Source of the DNA: Eubacteriales bacterium
GTDB taxonomy: Bacteria; Bacillota; Clostridia; Oscillospirales; UBA644
Assembly: GCA_045542755.1 (NCBI GenBank)
Contig: JAZQLP010000013.1
Coordinates: 1-56,993, forward strand
Direction of reading: 5' to 3'
DNA: 56,993 bases
The notes beneath the pieces were generated by a model. It did no database searches. It was not told the DNA's origin and saw only the letters and a program-made list of their open reading frames with translations. Position numbers and translations under genes: made by a program. Numbering within the stretch: the first letter of the stretch is position 1; the number at the start of each line of letters is the position of its first letter. Of the stretch, positions 37,459 through 47,195 are shown piece after piece.

Positions 37459-37488
37459 AAAAACGGAGTCCTTTCGGACTCCGTTTTT
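37459..37488. terminator. bidirectional terminator shared by the lipoprotein gene and pgm
   Basis: AAAACGGAGTCC / GGACTCCGTTTT stem with a TTTC loop. A-run on one side, T-run on the other. Confidence 0.85.
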
Positions 37489-37508
37489 CTATTTATTATC
37501 ATAGTTTG

Positions 37509-39185
37509 TTATTTCTGCACGTAAGCTCCAAACTCTTCCACAAAGCTCCAGAGCTTCTTTTCGGCCTCGGCATTATTGTCGCCCTTGGTCATAACATAGA
37601 CCTTTATTTTAGGCTCAGTGCCCGAGGGCCTTATGATGAGAACTGTGCCGTCTTCAAGCTTATAATAAAGCATGTTTGACTTTGGAAGTCCCCAAAGACC
37701 CTGACTGAAGTCAAGGACTTCGTTGACCTTGTATCCGCATACTTTTTCGGGATATTCTTGGCGGAGAGATGCCATTTTTTCGGCCATCAGCTTGAGGGGG
37801 GAAACTCCTTTTATAAGGATATCCACCGTCTTTTCTCTGAAGTAGCCGTGCTTCTCAAAAAGCTGCATTAATAGGTCGTAAAGGGTGAGCCCCTTTTCTT
37901 TGTAGAAGGCGGCGGCCTCTGCTACCATAAGGGCGGCAACAATTGCGTCCTTATCCCTCGCGTGTTCGCCTATAAGGGAGCCGTAGCTCTCCTCGTAGCC
38001 GAATATATACTTATATTCGCCGCTTGCGTTAAACTGTTCTATCTTTTCACCGATAAATTTAAAGCCCGTAAGAACGTTAAATACGGCAATACCCTCTTTT
38101 TTGCATATCTCTGCGCCAAGCTCAGAGGTTACCACGGTCTTTACCATAGCTCCGTTTTTGGGAAGTGTGCCTTTTGCTTTGTTTGAGCTTATGATATATT
38201 CAAGAAGTATTGCGCCCGTTTGATTTCCTGTGAGGACTTCAAATTCGCCCTCCTTGTTTCTTACCAGTACACCTATTCTGTCGGCATCGGGGTCGGTACC
38301 GATAATAAGCTCTGCACCCTTTTCCTTTGCCAGGTGCATAGCACTTGCAAAGCCCTCGATATGCTCTGGGTTAGGGGAGATTACGGTGGGAAAGTGACCG
38401 TTGGGGTCCATTTGAGAGGGAACGGGGATAACGTTTGTAAATCCCGCTCTCTTGAGGACTTCTGGTACCAATCTCAATCCCGTGCCGTGGAAGGGGGTAT
38501 ATACTATGGGCAGGTCAGCCTGCCTTTTGCAGACCTCGGGAGTAATTTGTGCTTTCAGTATGGCGGAAAGGTACTTTTCGTCAAACTCTTCTCCCAGAAC
38601 GGTGACGTGGCTTTCGTATTCTTCCTGGGTGGGGAGTTTTGCAAAGAAAACGTCGTTCTGGTTCATTACAGAGGCAATCTTATCCGCCTGCTGTAATGAT
38701 ATCTGTGCTCCGTCGCTCCAATACACCTTATAACCGTTATACTGACTGGGGTTATGGGATGCGGTGATGTTTATACCTGCAGTACAGCCAAGCTCTCTTA
38801 CTGCAAAGGACAGCTCGGGGGTGGGGCGGAGGGACTCAAAAAGATAGGTCTTTATGCCGTTTGCCGAAAATACCTCTGCCGTTCTTTTTGCAAATTCGGG
38901 GGACATTATGCGGCTATCGTAAGCGATAACGGCGCCTTTTTTTGCACCGTCGGGTTCTCTGAGTATGAGCTCTGCCACAGCCTGAGATGCATGGGCAACG
39001 GTGTAAAGATTCATTCTGTTTGTACCGGGGCCTAAGATTCCTCTGAGACCTGCGGTTCCGAAATTAAGATAAGAGGAGAACCGTTCTTCTATATCATAAT
39101 CTGAAAAAAGACTGATCTCATTCTTTGTTTCGTCATCAATAACGGGCGAATTAAGCCAACTTGTATATGTCTGCTGAGCATTCAT
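37509..39185 (-). CDS. pgm: phosphoglucomutase / phosphomannomutase (alpha-D-phosphohexomutase)
   Basis: Active-site TASHNP, Mg loop DPDADR, sugar-binding GYEESYG. Confidence 0.9.
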   Translation of the reverse strand: MNAQQTYTSWLNSPVIDDETKNEISLFSDYDIEERFSSYLNFGTAGLRGILGPGTNRMNLYTVAHASQAVAELILREPDGAKKGAVIAYDSRIMSPEFAKRTAEVFSANGIKTYLFESLRPTPELSFAVRELGCTAGINITASHNPSQYNGYKVYWSDGAQISLQQADKIASVMNQNDVFFAKLPTQEEYESHVTVLGEEFDEKYLSAILKAQITPEVCKRQADLPIVYTPFHGTGLRLVPEVLKRAGFTNVIPVPSQMDPNGHFPTVISPNPEHIEGFASAMHLAKEKGAELIIGTDPDADRIGVLVRNKEGEFEVLTGNQTGAILLEYIISSNKAKGTLPKNGAMVKTVVTSELGAEICKKEGIAVFNVLTGFKFIGEKIEQFNASGEYKYIFGYEESYGSLIGEHARDKDAIVAALMVAEAAAFYKEKGLTLYDLLMQLFEKHGYFREKTVDILIKGVSPLKLMAEKMASLRQEYPEKVCGYKVNEVLDFSQGLWGLPKSNMLYYKLEDGTVLIIRPSGTEPKIKVYVMTKGDNNAEAEKKLWSFVEEFGAYVQK

Positions 39186-39216
39186 TGTATGCAGATACCT
39201 TTCGCTTTTATTGGCT

Positions 39217-39471
39217 CTACTGCGCGAGGGCTTCTTCCAGCGCGGTAGCGAGCTGATCGGGGCAGGACGTAGGTCTGGGGCCGCAGCAGGTACCCTTGAG
39301 TCTTGCTATAACGTCTTCGGCCTTCATGCCTATTACAAGCTGGGCAATACCTTTGGTGTTGCCGTTGCAACCGCCTACGAACTCTGCCTGTTCGATTATA
39401 TTATTGTCATTGAGGACAAGCTTTATAGCTCTGGAACATGTCCCTTTAGTTTTATATTCAATAGTCTTCAT
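39217..39471 (-). CDS. TSCPD-domain protein (TIGR03905-like)
   Basis: 84 aa with GGCNGN and TSCPDQL motifs. Confidence 0.8.
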   Translation of the reverse strand: MKTIEYKTKGTCSRAIKLVLNDNNIIEQAEFVGGCNGNTKGIAQLVIGMKAEDVIARLKGTCCGPRPTSCPDQLATALEEALAQ

Positions 39472-39503
39472 TTTTATTCCTTTCTTTAAACAATTCGGTT
39501 GAA

Positions 39504-39938
39504 TTATTTATGATAAGTTATATTATTTTGTATTGTGAACGCTCTGTATATCTGTTCGAGAAGAATTACTCTCATGAGCTGATGAGGGAAGGTAAACTCA
39601 GAAAATGAGAGTTTGAAGTTTGCCTTTTGCTTTACTTCTGCGGAAAGTCCCTCGGAACTGCCTATGATAAAGGTTATCTCGGAGGTCTGCATGGTAAGCT
39701 TATCTATTTTTTCTGCAAGAGCTTCGCTTGTCATCTGGGTTCCCTCAACGCAAAGAGCAATATTGTAGCCCTTCATTTTTGAGAGTATCTTTTCTTTTTC
39801 CTTTTCGGGAGTCTGCTCGGGAAGTTCAATTACCGTAAGGCGGCAGAATCGGGAAAGTCGCTTTTCGTATTCTGCGGCGGCTTCTCTGAGCCATTTTTCT
39901 TTGAGGTTGCCTACGCAAAGAATATTTACGTTTATCAT
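39504..39938 (-). CDS. rlmH: 23S rRNA (pseudouridine1915-N3)-methyltransferase RlmH
   Basis: SPOUT-type small protein: N-terminus MINVNILCVGNLKEKW, IIGSSEGL, C-terminal HQLMRVILLEQIYRA. Confidence 0.88.
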   Translation of the reverse strand: MINVNILCVGNLKEKWLREAAAEYEKRLSRFCRLTVIELPEQTPEKEKEKILSKMKGYNIALCVEGTQMTSEALAEKIDKLTMQTSEITFIIGSSEGLSAEVKQKANFKLSFSEFTFPHQLMRVILLEQIYRAFTIQNNITYHK

Positions 39939-39951
39939 ATATTCTTCTCCT

Positions 39952-40761
39952 TTAAAGGACTATAACGCCCGAGGGATTATTGCGAGGCGCAACGCTTATG
40001 TATACGTCTCCCTGACCTTTAGTCGAGCCTATGACGGCGCCGGTCTTTGCCAAAGTGGAGGATACCGTTTCCAGGGCAAGGGTGGGAAGATTGTTTTCTG
40101 CGCTCAGGTGTGAGAGAATAACGTTTTTGATTCCTTTATCGCATACTGATGTGAGGAATTCTCCTGCTTGAAGATTTGAAAGATGTCCATGAGAACCGCC
40201 GACTCTACGCTTCAGCATTGGGGGATATCTTCCGTTCCAAAGCATATCAAGGTCGTGGTTTGATTCCAGAATAAGGGTGTTGCAGTCAGATGCCGCAGCA
40301 AGGATATCCTCATTGTATTCTCCTAGGTCGGTGATTATTCCCACGTTTCCCTTTTGGGTTTTTATTATGTACCCAACGCTTTCTGCGGCGTCGTGAGATG
40401 TGGAAATTGAGGTTATCTCAAAATCCCCCTTCACTGCTCTTGCACCCGTGGGCATACACCGAAAAAGAGAAGAATCTATATCGGGGATAGCGTTTTCTAT
40501 GGCATCAAGGGTTCTCGCGTTTGCAATAACGGGGATATTGTAATGCTTGAGCACGGTTTTCAGCCCACTAATGTGGTCGCAGTGCTCGTGCGTTATAAAC
40601 ACAGCCTCAATTTTATCCAAGGAGGATCCGATGCTTTGCAGGGCCGCCTGCGTTTTTTTAACACCGCCGCCCACGTCTATCAGAATACCTCTCCCGTTTA
40701 CTTCAACGTAGGTGCTGTTCGCACTGCTGCCGCTGAATAGTGTGGAAACTTTTACATCCAT
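39952..40761 (-). CDS. MBL-fold metallo-hydrolase (YycJ/WalJ-like)
   Basis: THEHCDH motif. ATG 40761 (MDVKVSTLFSGS) preferred over the TTG at 40803. Confidence 0.8.
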   Translation of the reverse strand: MDVKVSTLFSGSSANSTYVEVNGRGILIDVGGGVKKTQAALQSIGSSLDKIEAVFITHEHCDHISGLKTVLKHYNIPVIANARTLDAIENAIPDIDSSLFRCMPTGARAVKGDFEITSISTSHDAAESVGYIIKTQKGNVGIITDLGEYNEDILAAASDCNTLILESNHDLDMLWNGRYPPMLKRRVGGSHGHLSNLQAGEFLTSVCDKGIKNVILSHLSAENNLPTLALETVSSTLAKTGAVIGSTKGQGDVYISVAPRNNPSGVIVL

Positions 40762-40849
40762 TACCGATTTCTTTCTGTAACTATATCTAAAATGAAAGTT
40801 CAAATGCGACCTGTCCTCGACGGATGCGGTTACATTTGAACTTTAAAGG

Positions 40850-42157
40850 TCATCCTATCTGTCTGGATTCTTCAACTTGCTTAAGGGGCTCGTCCTCTTC
40901 GGACACCTTTTGTATTGCGGCACCGAGGGAACGGAGCTTTTGAACAAGATCCTCATATCCTCTTTCAACGTGCTTTATATTGCCGACTTCGGTTATTCCT
41001 TCTGCACAAAGTCCTGCAATTACCAATGCCACGCCTGCGCGGAGGTCACAAGCGTTTACCGTCGTGCCCTGTATCTTTTCCACGCCTTCGACTACGCACA
41101 TCCTGCCGTCAACTTCTGCCTTTGCGCCCATTCGACGGAGTTCGTCGATATATCTGAATCTGTTATCCCAAACGCCCTCGGTAACTATTGAGGTACCCTC
41201 TGCAAGACAGAGCATGGTGGTTATCTGGGGCTGCATATCAGTGGGAAATCCGGGGTAGGGAAGGGTCTTTATGTTATTCTTTTTGAGTCTGACCTTTTTA
41301 TCTCTTGAAACGATTACGTAATCGTCACCTTCGGTAACGGTGGCTCCGCATTCTTCAAGCTTTGCGGCAATAGTTTCAAGATGCTTGGGGATAACGTTGG
41401 ATATTCTTACCGCACCGCCTACGGCTGCAGCAGCAACCATATAGGTACCTGCTTCAATCTGGTCGGGGATTATGGTATAGGTCTTGCCCGTAAGCTTCTT
41501 TACGCCGCGAATCTTAATAATATCGGTACCTGCGCCTTTTATGTCGGCGCCCATAACGTTAAGGAAGTTTGCCGTGTCAACTATATGGGGTTCCTTGTTA
41601 GCGTTATCAATAATGGTGGTACCCTCTGCAAGAACTGCCGCAAGCATAATATTTATGGTTGCGCCAACGCTTCGTACGTCCATGTATATGTTCGTGCCTT
41701 CAAGCTTTTCGGCTTTTGCGTTGATGATTCCGTGCTCTATTTTTATTTTTGCGCCGAGAGCCTCAAAGCCCTTGATATGCTGGTCAATGGGTCGGACACC
41801 AAAGTCACAACCGCCGGGAAGTCCAACTTTTGCCTGCTTGAATCGGCCAAGAAGAGCGCCTATGAGGTAATAGGATGCTCTCATTCTTCTGATAGAGTCG
41901 AAATCTGCAACAAAGCTGTTTATGGGGGAACAGTCTATTCTTGCAGTGGTTTTGTTGAGGAATTCCACGGACGCTCCCATGCTTTTGAGAATATCAAGCA
42001 TAAGCATAACGTCGCTTACTCTCGGAACATTTTCAATCACGCAGGGGCCGCTGACTAAAATCGTAGCGGGGATTATCGCTACTGCCGCATTTTTGCCGCC
42101 GCTGATAGATACCTCTCCGTGAAGAGGTTTTCCACCGGATATAACGTACTTTTCCAT
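40850..42157 (-). CDS. murA: UDP-N-acetylglucosamine 1-carboxyvinyltransferase
   Basis: ISGGKNAA N-terminal block, active-site Cys loop [16 protein letters not shown] 42157 (MEKYVISGG) with an AAAGGAA SD. Confidence 0.95.
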   Translation of the reverse strand: MEKYVISGGKPLHGEVSISGGKNAAVAIIPATILVSGPCVIENVPRVSDVMLMLDILKSMGASVEFLNKTTARIDCSPINSFVADFDSIRRMRASYYLIGALLGRFKQAKVGLPGGCDFGVRPIDQHIKGFEALGAKIKIEHGIINAKAEKLEGTNIYMDVRSVGATINIMLAAVLAEGTTIIDNANKEPHIVDTANFLNVMGADIKGAGTDIIKIRGVKKLTGKTYTIIPDQIEAGTYMVAAAAVGGAVRISNVIPKHLETIAAKLEECGATVTEGDDYVIVSRDKKVRLKKNNIKTLPYPGFPTDMQPQITTMLCLAEGTSIVTEGVWDNRFRYIDELRRMGAKAEVDGRMCVVEGVEKIQGTTVNACDLRAGVALVIAGLCAEGITEVGNIKHVERGYEDLVQKLRSLGAAIQKVSEEDEPLKQVEESRQIG

Positions 42158-42301
42158 AGTATACCGGATTCCTTTCGTTTTATTTTGTGTGTTGTGTGTT
42201 TTATTGTTAAAGATAACCTGCATCAATAAGATATTGTGAGGGATGATTATTATGCTGAAAAAATCAGATTTTAAGCCTTGTATTTTATTGCATTTTTACG
42301 A

Positions 42302-44041
42302 TTAAGGCATCTTGTTTTTAATATAGGGCAAGGGGTCCATATATTCCTTTGTTTTGGGGTTATATACTGCAAAGTGGAGATGGTTACCGGTACTGTTACC
42401 CGTACTTCCTACGTAGGCTATGGTCTGGCCCTGGTATACCTTAACGCCAACCTTTATACCCTTTGCGATACTGCTTGAGTGACCGTAGATGGTCCAGATT
42501 CCGTTGCCGTGGTCTATTTTTACATAGTTTCCCAGACCTGCTTCGGAATATCCCTTTTCAACTACAGTTCCCGCATCAGCGGCGTATATGGGTGTTCCGT
42601 AGGCTGCTGCAAGGTCAAGACCTCTGTGGAAGTCAGACTTTCCGCGGAGAGTACGCCAGCCAAAGTTCGAGCTTATTCTTCCAAAGCCGCTGGCCTTTAA
42701 GGGGAAGATGAAGGTTCCCGAGGGGGCGATCTTCTTTGTTCCAACAAGTATCTGTTGTGAAACAGCATCCTTTGTTTTGGTCTTGCTCAGCTCGGTTCTT
42801 GATATTTCTATGCCGTTTACGGATCTTACCTCTGCGGTAACGGAATAGCTTCCGTTACTACCCTTGTTTTTTACCTGGGTCTGGTTTTCGTAAAGGTCGT
42901 CCGTTTGTACGTATTTTGTAGTGTAAGGAATTACTTCGGTATAGGTAACCGTTCTTATGGTTTGTACCGTAAGCTGGAGTGACGGCTTGCCTACCTTAAT
43001 AACGTCACCCCTTGATACCGTGAGGTCAGGATCACCGTTTATAAGCTTAAGAACGGGAACGCTGAGGTTAAATTCCTCTGCAATAGAGGATATTGTGTCC
43101 CCTTTTTTAACAGTATACGTCTGGTCTGTTGTGGGCTTTGTGAAAAGCTCAAGCAGCCCGTCGTAGTCCATTATGTAATTCTTTGAATAAGTGTCTCTTA
43201 AAACTTCAATGTCGTTTACTATTTTGTAGGTTTCGCCCTCTTCTCCCGAAAGATAGTAGGACACCAGCTCGGATTCAAGCTTTGAAAATACGGTTTCTGA
43301 TCTTGCGGAGGCTATCATCTGTCCGTCAAGGAAAAATCCGTAATATTGGCCTATGTAGTTGTCAACCACTTTCTGAATTGCCGAATAGACTTCTTCGGGG
43401 TCGGAAAATTCGTCGTTGGAGATTATCTCAAGTCCTATGGTAGAGGGGGTATCCATGGTGTATTCTTCACCGGTACGATGAACTACCGATTCTGCTAACT
43501 TTGTGGATATCTCCTCGTAGGCACTGCTGCTTTCCAGATATCCGATAGTTTCCGCACCCATTTTTATGCTGATTGCAACTGAGTGGGTTGAGAGCCACCA
43601 TACTGAATATATCACTATGGCAACTCCGCATAATGGGGTGACTATCGGCATTATTAAACGTAAAATTCCGTATATGGTAAGCCAGACCACGCGCATAAAA
43701 TTAAGCACGTACTGCCAGACTTTGTACCCCAAATTTGCGCCTCTCGTTTTTGCCGCAGAAAGCTTAAGTTTCTTTCCGTTATAGGCAAATTCAGCGAATT
43801 TTGACATCAGCTGCTTTACGGGGGAGGCAAGTCTTATCAAGCCTGTCCTTTTTAAGAATCTTCGGAAGGCTTTCTTTACTTTTGAGCGTCTTTTTCTTGC
43901 TTTGGGGCCGTCCTTGATGACCGTAGTCTTGCGTACGACCGTATGCAGTTCTTCGGTGTTTTCAGAAAAGGAATGAGAGGGGGGTGTTTTGTCAACCCGT
44001 ACTCGCTCGGTGACCGTATCTATGTATACGTTGCGAGGCAA
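42302..44041 (-). CDS. membrane-anchored M23 peptidase with LysM and G5-like domains
   Basis: TM segments in the N-terminal third. LysM YTVKKGDTISSIAEEFNLSVPVLKLIN. G5-like segment. M23 motifs HRGLDLAA and GNHLHFAV. Confidence 0.88.
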   Translation of the reverse strand: MPRNVYIDTVTERVRVDKTPPSHSFSENTEELHTVVRKTTVIKDGPKARKRRSKVKKAFRRFLKRTGLIRLASPVKQLMSKFAEFAYNGKKLKLSAAKTRGANLGYKVWQYVLNFMRVVWLTIYGILRLIMPIVTPLCGVAIVIYSVWWLSTHSVAISIKMGAETIGYLESSSAYEEISTKLAESVVHRTGEEYTMDTPSTIGLEIISNDEFSDPEEVYSAIQKVVDNYIGQYYGFFLDGQMIASARSETVFSKLESELVSYYLSGEEGETYKIVNDIEVLRDTYSKNYIMDYDGLLELFTKPTTDQTYTVKKGDTISSIAEEFNLSVPVLKLINGDPDLTVSRGDVIKVGKPSLQLTVQTIRTVTYTEVIPYTTKYVQTDDLYENQTQVKNKGSNGSYSVTAEVRSVNGIEISRTELSKTKTKDAVSQQILVGTKKIAPSGTFIFPLKASGFGRISSNFGWRTLRGKSDFHRGLDLAAAYGTPIYAADAGTVVEKGYSEAGLGNYVKIDHGNGIWTIYGHSSSIAKGIKVGVKVYQGQTIAYVGSTGNSTGNHLHFAVYNPKTKEYMDPLPYIKNKMP

Positions 44042-44129
44042 AAATATCTTCCTTTCCTTTGTTTTTTTTGTGTGTGTTCGTTAGGGGTTTGGGTAATAAA
44101 GGCGGCAAAGCACCATTATTCTATTCTAT

Positions 44130-44158
44130 ATTATACAATATTTTTTTCTATAATGCAA
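44130..44158 (-). promoter_or_regulatory. candidate promoter of the M23 peptidase gene
   Basis: On the minus strand: TTGCAT (44158-44153), 17 nt, TGtTATAAT (44138-44130). Confidence 0.5.
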
Positions 44159-44249
44159 GAGGTAAAAAGTATTTAATCTTTTGCAGTGTGAAAATTTAAC
44201 ATAAAGTTCAGAAATTTCAACCCACATTCTCCCTATTTTTCCTTTATTT

Positions 44250-44287
44250 GCAAGAAAAGAACCCGCAAGTAATCGGCGGGTTCTTTT
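44250..44287 (-). terminator. rho-independent terminator after rsmI
   Basis: AAAAGAACCCGC (44255-44266) / GCGGGTTCTTTT (44276-44287). T-rich tail when read on the minus strand. Confidence 0.75.
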
Positions 44288-44289
44288 AT

Positions 44290-45126
44290 CTATTCACCTT
44301 TAAATCTTTCGTATACGTCGTTTTTGCGGAGTCCAAATTTTTTTGCGGTTTCTTTTGCGGCTTCGCTCTTTGTTCTTCCCTGGGATATAAGACTGTGGAA
44401 GAGGCCGTCAATGTCCTCATCCGTAACTTCGGGCTCATCTGATTCCTGCTTTCCCGCTACGATAAGAACAAATTCTCCTCTGGGAAGATTCTCTTCATAG
44501 TAGTCAATAGCCTTCTCCAGAGTTGTAAGAAGAACTTCTTCATATATTTTGGAGATTTCTCTGACTAAAGAAATCGGTCTGTCAATGCCAAAGGTATCTG
44601 CTAAGGCTTTAAGGGTGGTTTTTAAATGGTGGGGAGCCTCGTAAAATATCATTGTTCGGGGCTCGTCTTTCAGGGTAGACAGGTGTTTATCTCTGCTGTT
44701 TTTAGCGGTGCTCAAAAAGCCTTCAAAGGTAAATCTCTTTGTAGATATGCCAGACATAGCCAAAGCTGTAACTGCGGCACATGGTCCGGGAATTGCGCTT
44801 ACTGTGAGACCGTTCTGATGACATTGCATAACAAGTTCTTCGCCGGGATCGGATATGGCGGGCATTCCGGCATCAGTTATAAGGGCGCAGGTCTCGCCAT
44901 TGAGAAGACGGTCAATTATGATCTGGCCTCTTTCGGTTCTGTTATGTTCAAAATAGCTTATCATTGGCTTTTTTATATCAAAAAGCTTCAGCATTACACC
45001 CGAATTACGAGTATCCTCTGCTGCAATAAAGTCAACCGATCGGAGTATTTCCAGGCATCGGGGCGACATGTCGGAGAGGTTGCCTATGGGAGTGGGGACG
45101 CAGTAAAGAGATATCTTGTTATCCAT
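44290..45126 (-). CDS. rsmI: 16S rRNA (cytidine1402-2'-O)-methyltransferase RsmI
   Basis: LYCVPTPIGNLSD N-terminus, tetrapyrrole-methylase fold blocks. yabC position relative to holB and yaaT. Confidence 0.93.
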   Translation of the reverse strand: MDNKISLYCVPTPIGNLSDMSPRCLEILRSVDFIAAEDTRNSGVMLKLFDIKKPMISYFEHNRTERGQIIIDRLLNGETCALITDAGMPAISDPGEELVMQCHQNGLTVSAIPGPCAAVTALAMSGISTKRFTFEGFLSTAKNSRDKHLSTLKDEPRTMIFYEAPHHLKTTLKALADTFGIDRPISLVREISKIYEEVLLTTLEKAIDYYEENLPRGEFVLIVAGKQESDEPEVTDEDIDGLFHSLISQGRTKSEAAKETAKKFGLRKNDVYERFKGE

Positions 45127-45133
45127 GGCCTTA

Positions 45134-45880
45134 CTATCCTTTCAGGTTTTTGTCAAAGCCGTATATTCGGCATAGCTCGGGCGTATAGTTGCCGTTTTCG
45201 TCGGTTATATAAAGAGGCTGGTGCATAATAAGCTCTTTCCCACCGCCTTTTCGTCCCTCTATAAGTATGAGCTCCGGCTTTTTATCGGGACGGGAGTTGA
45301 CGGGCATAAGCTCTTTGGGCTCAATAGAGTTGTTTCTGAAGGCTTCAAAAATATCGGCCAATCTTTCGGGCTTGTGTACCATGCAAAGCCTTCCCCCGTG
45401 CTTTAGCAGAGTCTTCGCCGCTTTTACGGTATCTTCAAGGGTACATGAGATTTCCGATCTTGCTGACTTTTTACTGTCTTTTGGGGTAAGCCCTCTATCT
45501 TCTTCAAAATAAGGGGGATTGACCGAAACCAGGTCAAATGCACCGTGGGGAAGTCGGGGGAGAGGGGGATTTTTCGGGTTTATTTCTTTTATGTCATGAT
45601 TTACTGCAAATACGGTGGTGAGTCCGTTTAGAGCGACAGACTTTTCAAAGAGTTCGGTTTGATTTTTAAGTATTTCCACCCCAACTATTTCCTTATGGGG
45701 GGCCAAGGAAAGAAGAAGGGGAATTATTCCGTTACCTGAACAAAGGTCTGCGGCGGTGGTAAACCTTTTTCTTCTGCAAAACCAAGCCAAAAGAACGGCA
45801 TCCGTTCCAAACTTAAAGCCGTCTTGATCCTGATACATTTTCAGTTCTCCCACGTGGAGCTCTTCTATTGTTACAGACAC
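45134..45880 (-). CDS. SAM-dependent methyltransferase, tRNA1(Val) m6A37 TrmN6/YabB-like
   Basis: SAM motif DLCSGNG, catalytic NPPYF. GTG start with a GGAGGTGG SD. Confidence 0.8.
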   Translation of the reverse strand: MSVTIEELHVGELKMYQDQDGFKFGTDAVLLAWFCRRKRFTTAADLCSGNGIIPLLLSLAPHKEIVGVEILKNQTELFEKSVALNGLTTVFAVNHDIKEINPKNPPLPRLPHGAFDLVSVNPPYFEEDRGLTPKDSKKSARSEISCTLEDTVKAAKTLLKHGGRLCMVHKPERLADIFEAFRNNSIEPKELMPVNSRPDKKPELILIEGRKGGGKELIMHQPLYITDENGNYTPELCRIYGFDKNLKG

Positions 45881-45963
45881 GGATTTCCACCTCCTTTTTA
45901 GAGAAAAAGCCGCATACCCTGTATGCGGCTTTTTTAAACTTAATTTCCGTTTGAAAAGACAAA

Positions 45964-46140
45964 TTAGTCTTTCTTTTCAGCGGCAGCGCCAACAGGACAA
46001 GCAGCAGCACAAGCGCCACAGTCGATGCAGAGTTCGGGATTGATAACGAACTTGCCGTCGCCTTCGGTAATAGCTTCAACAGCACATTCGCCCTGGCAAG
46101 CGCCACAAGCGATGCATTCATCACTAATAATGTGAGCCAT
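45964..46140 (-). CDS. fdx: clostridial-type 2x[4Fe-4S] ferredoxin (58 aa)
   Basis: Hand translation gives MAHIISDECIACGACQGECAVEAITEGDGKFVINPELCIDCGACAAACPVGAAAEKKD, with two CxxCxxCxxxCP-type motifs. AGGAGG SD 8 nt upstream. Below the ORF-track cutoff. Confidence 0.88.
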   Translation of the reverse strand: MAHIISDECIACGACQGECAVEAITEGDGKFVINPELCIDCGACAAACPVGAAAEKKD

Positions 46141-46210
46141 AGTAAAATCCTCCTGTAAAATTATGTTAGGATTTCAGCCCTTGGCCAGAGCCTTGGGATG
46201 ATACGTTAAC

Positions 46211-46239
46211 ATTATAACACTCTATTGTACATATTGCAA
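46211..46239 (-). promoter_or_regulatory. candidate promoter of the ferredoxin gene
   Basis: On the minus strand: TTGCAA (46239-46234), 17 nt, TGtTATAAT (46219-46211). Confidence 0.55.
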
Positions 46240-46283
46240 GTCTTTTTGCAAAATTTTCAAATGATATTTGTGGAAAAATGATT

Positions 46284-47156
46284 TTATTCAACATCTTCCG
46301 CAGTTTTTTCTTCCGTTTCACCGGTTTCTTTGCCTGAAGAGGGATTGCTGCGGCTTAATATTTTTACTTCTTCCATTTTGTAGGTCTTGGGTACGGTATC
46401 CGTACCGTCAAGCCTTACTCTGACAAATTCACCCACCACGTTTGATTCGGTTACTACGCCCTTACCGTCGGGAGTCTGTACTGTATTGCCGGAACGGGGC
46501 ATGGTCTTGTAAGCATCTTCGTAAACTTCCTGCTCAAAATTAAGACAGCAGATGAGCTTTCCGCATGCACCGGATATTTTTTGGGGGTTTGTTGAAAGGG
46601 ACTGATCCTTGGCCATTTTTACCGAAACGGGCGCGAATTCGCTGAGGAACTGGGCGCAACATATCTTTCTGCCGCAGATTCCCAAACCGCCAACGGCTTT
46701 GGTTTCGTCCCTTACGCCTATCTGACGAAGTTCGATTCTGGTTCTGAATACGGCGGCCAGGTCTTTTACCAGTTCGCGGAAGTCGATTCTTCCCTCAGCC
46801 ACGAAGCAGAATATTATTTTGTTGTTATCAAAGGTATATTCTACGTCTATGAGGGTCATTGCGAGATTATGTTTTTTTATTCTTTCCTCGCATATTTCAA
46901 AAGCCGCTTTTTCTTTTTCGGCATTCTGTTCTTCCTGCTTTATATCTGCGGGGGTTGCCACCCTGATAACGCTGGAGAGGGGCATGAACTTATCGTCCTC
47001 CTCCACCATACGGTTGGGGACTACTACAGTACCTATTTCAAGGCCTCTTACTGTCTCTACAATAACTCTTTCGCTATAGGGCAGGTTGAGTCCCTTGGGG
47101 TCAAAATAATATATTTTTCCTGCTTTTTTAAAGCGTACGCCTACTACTTCTATCAA
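46284..47156 (-). CDS. ricT: PSP1-domain protein RicT/YaaT
   Basis: MIEVVGVRFKKAGKIYYFDP N-terminus, Cys-rich CGRKICC ... CGKLICC block. Lies directly downstream of holB. Confidence 0.88.
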   Translation of the reverse strand: MIEVVGVRFKKAGKIYYFDPKGLNLPYSERVIVETVRGLEIGTVVVPNRMVEEDDKFMPLSSVIRVATPADIKQEEQNAEKEKAAFEICEERIKKHNLAMTLIDVEYTFDNNKIIFCFVAEGRIDFRELVKDLAAVFRTRIELRQIGVRDETKAVGGLGICGRKICCAQFLSEFAPVSVKMAKDQSLSTNPQKISGACGKLICCLNFEQEVYEDAYKTMPRSGNTVQTPDGKGVVTESNVVGEFVRVRLDGTDTVPKTYKMEEVKILSRSNPSSGKETGETEEKTAEDVE

Positions 47157-47195
47157 TTTTATATGCCTAACCTTTCCGTATTATTAACAGATAGC

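Noticed and set aside
45813-46124. 103-aa minus-strand ORF listed in the track
   Set aside because: A different frame of the same strand encodes a textbook 2x[4Fe-4S] ferredoxin with an AGGAGG SD. The listed ORF runs through the upstream gene's 5' end and the intergenic DNA.
46190-46199. The 10-mer CCTTGGGATG is shared with the 18-bp cassette-flanking repeat
   Set aside because: A 10-nt match is within chance expectation for a 57-kb window searched on both strands, and the flanking bases do not match.
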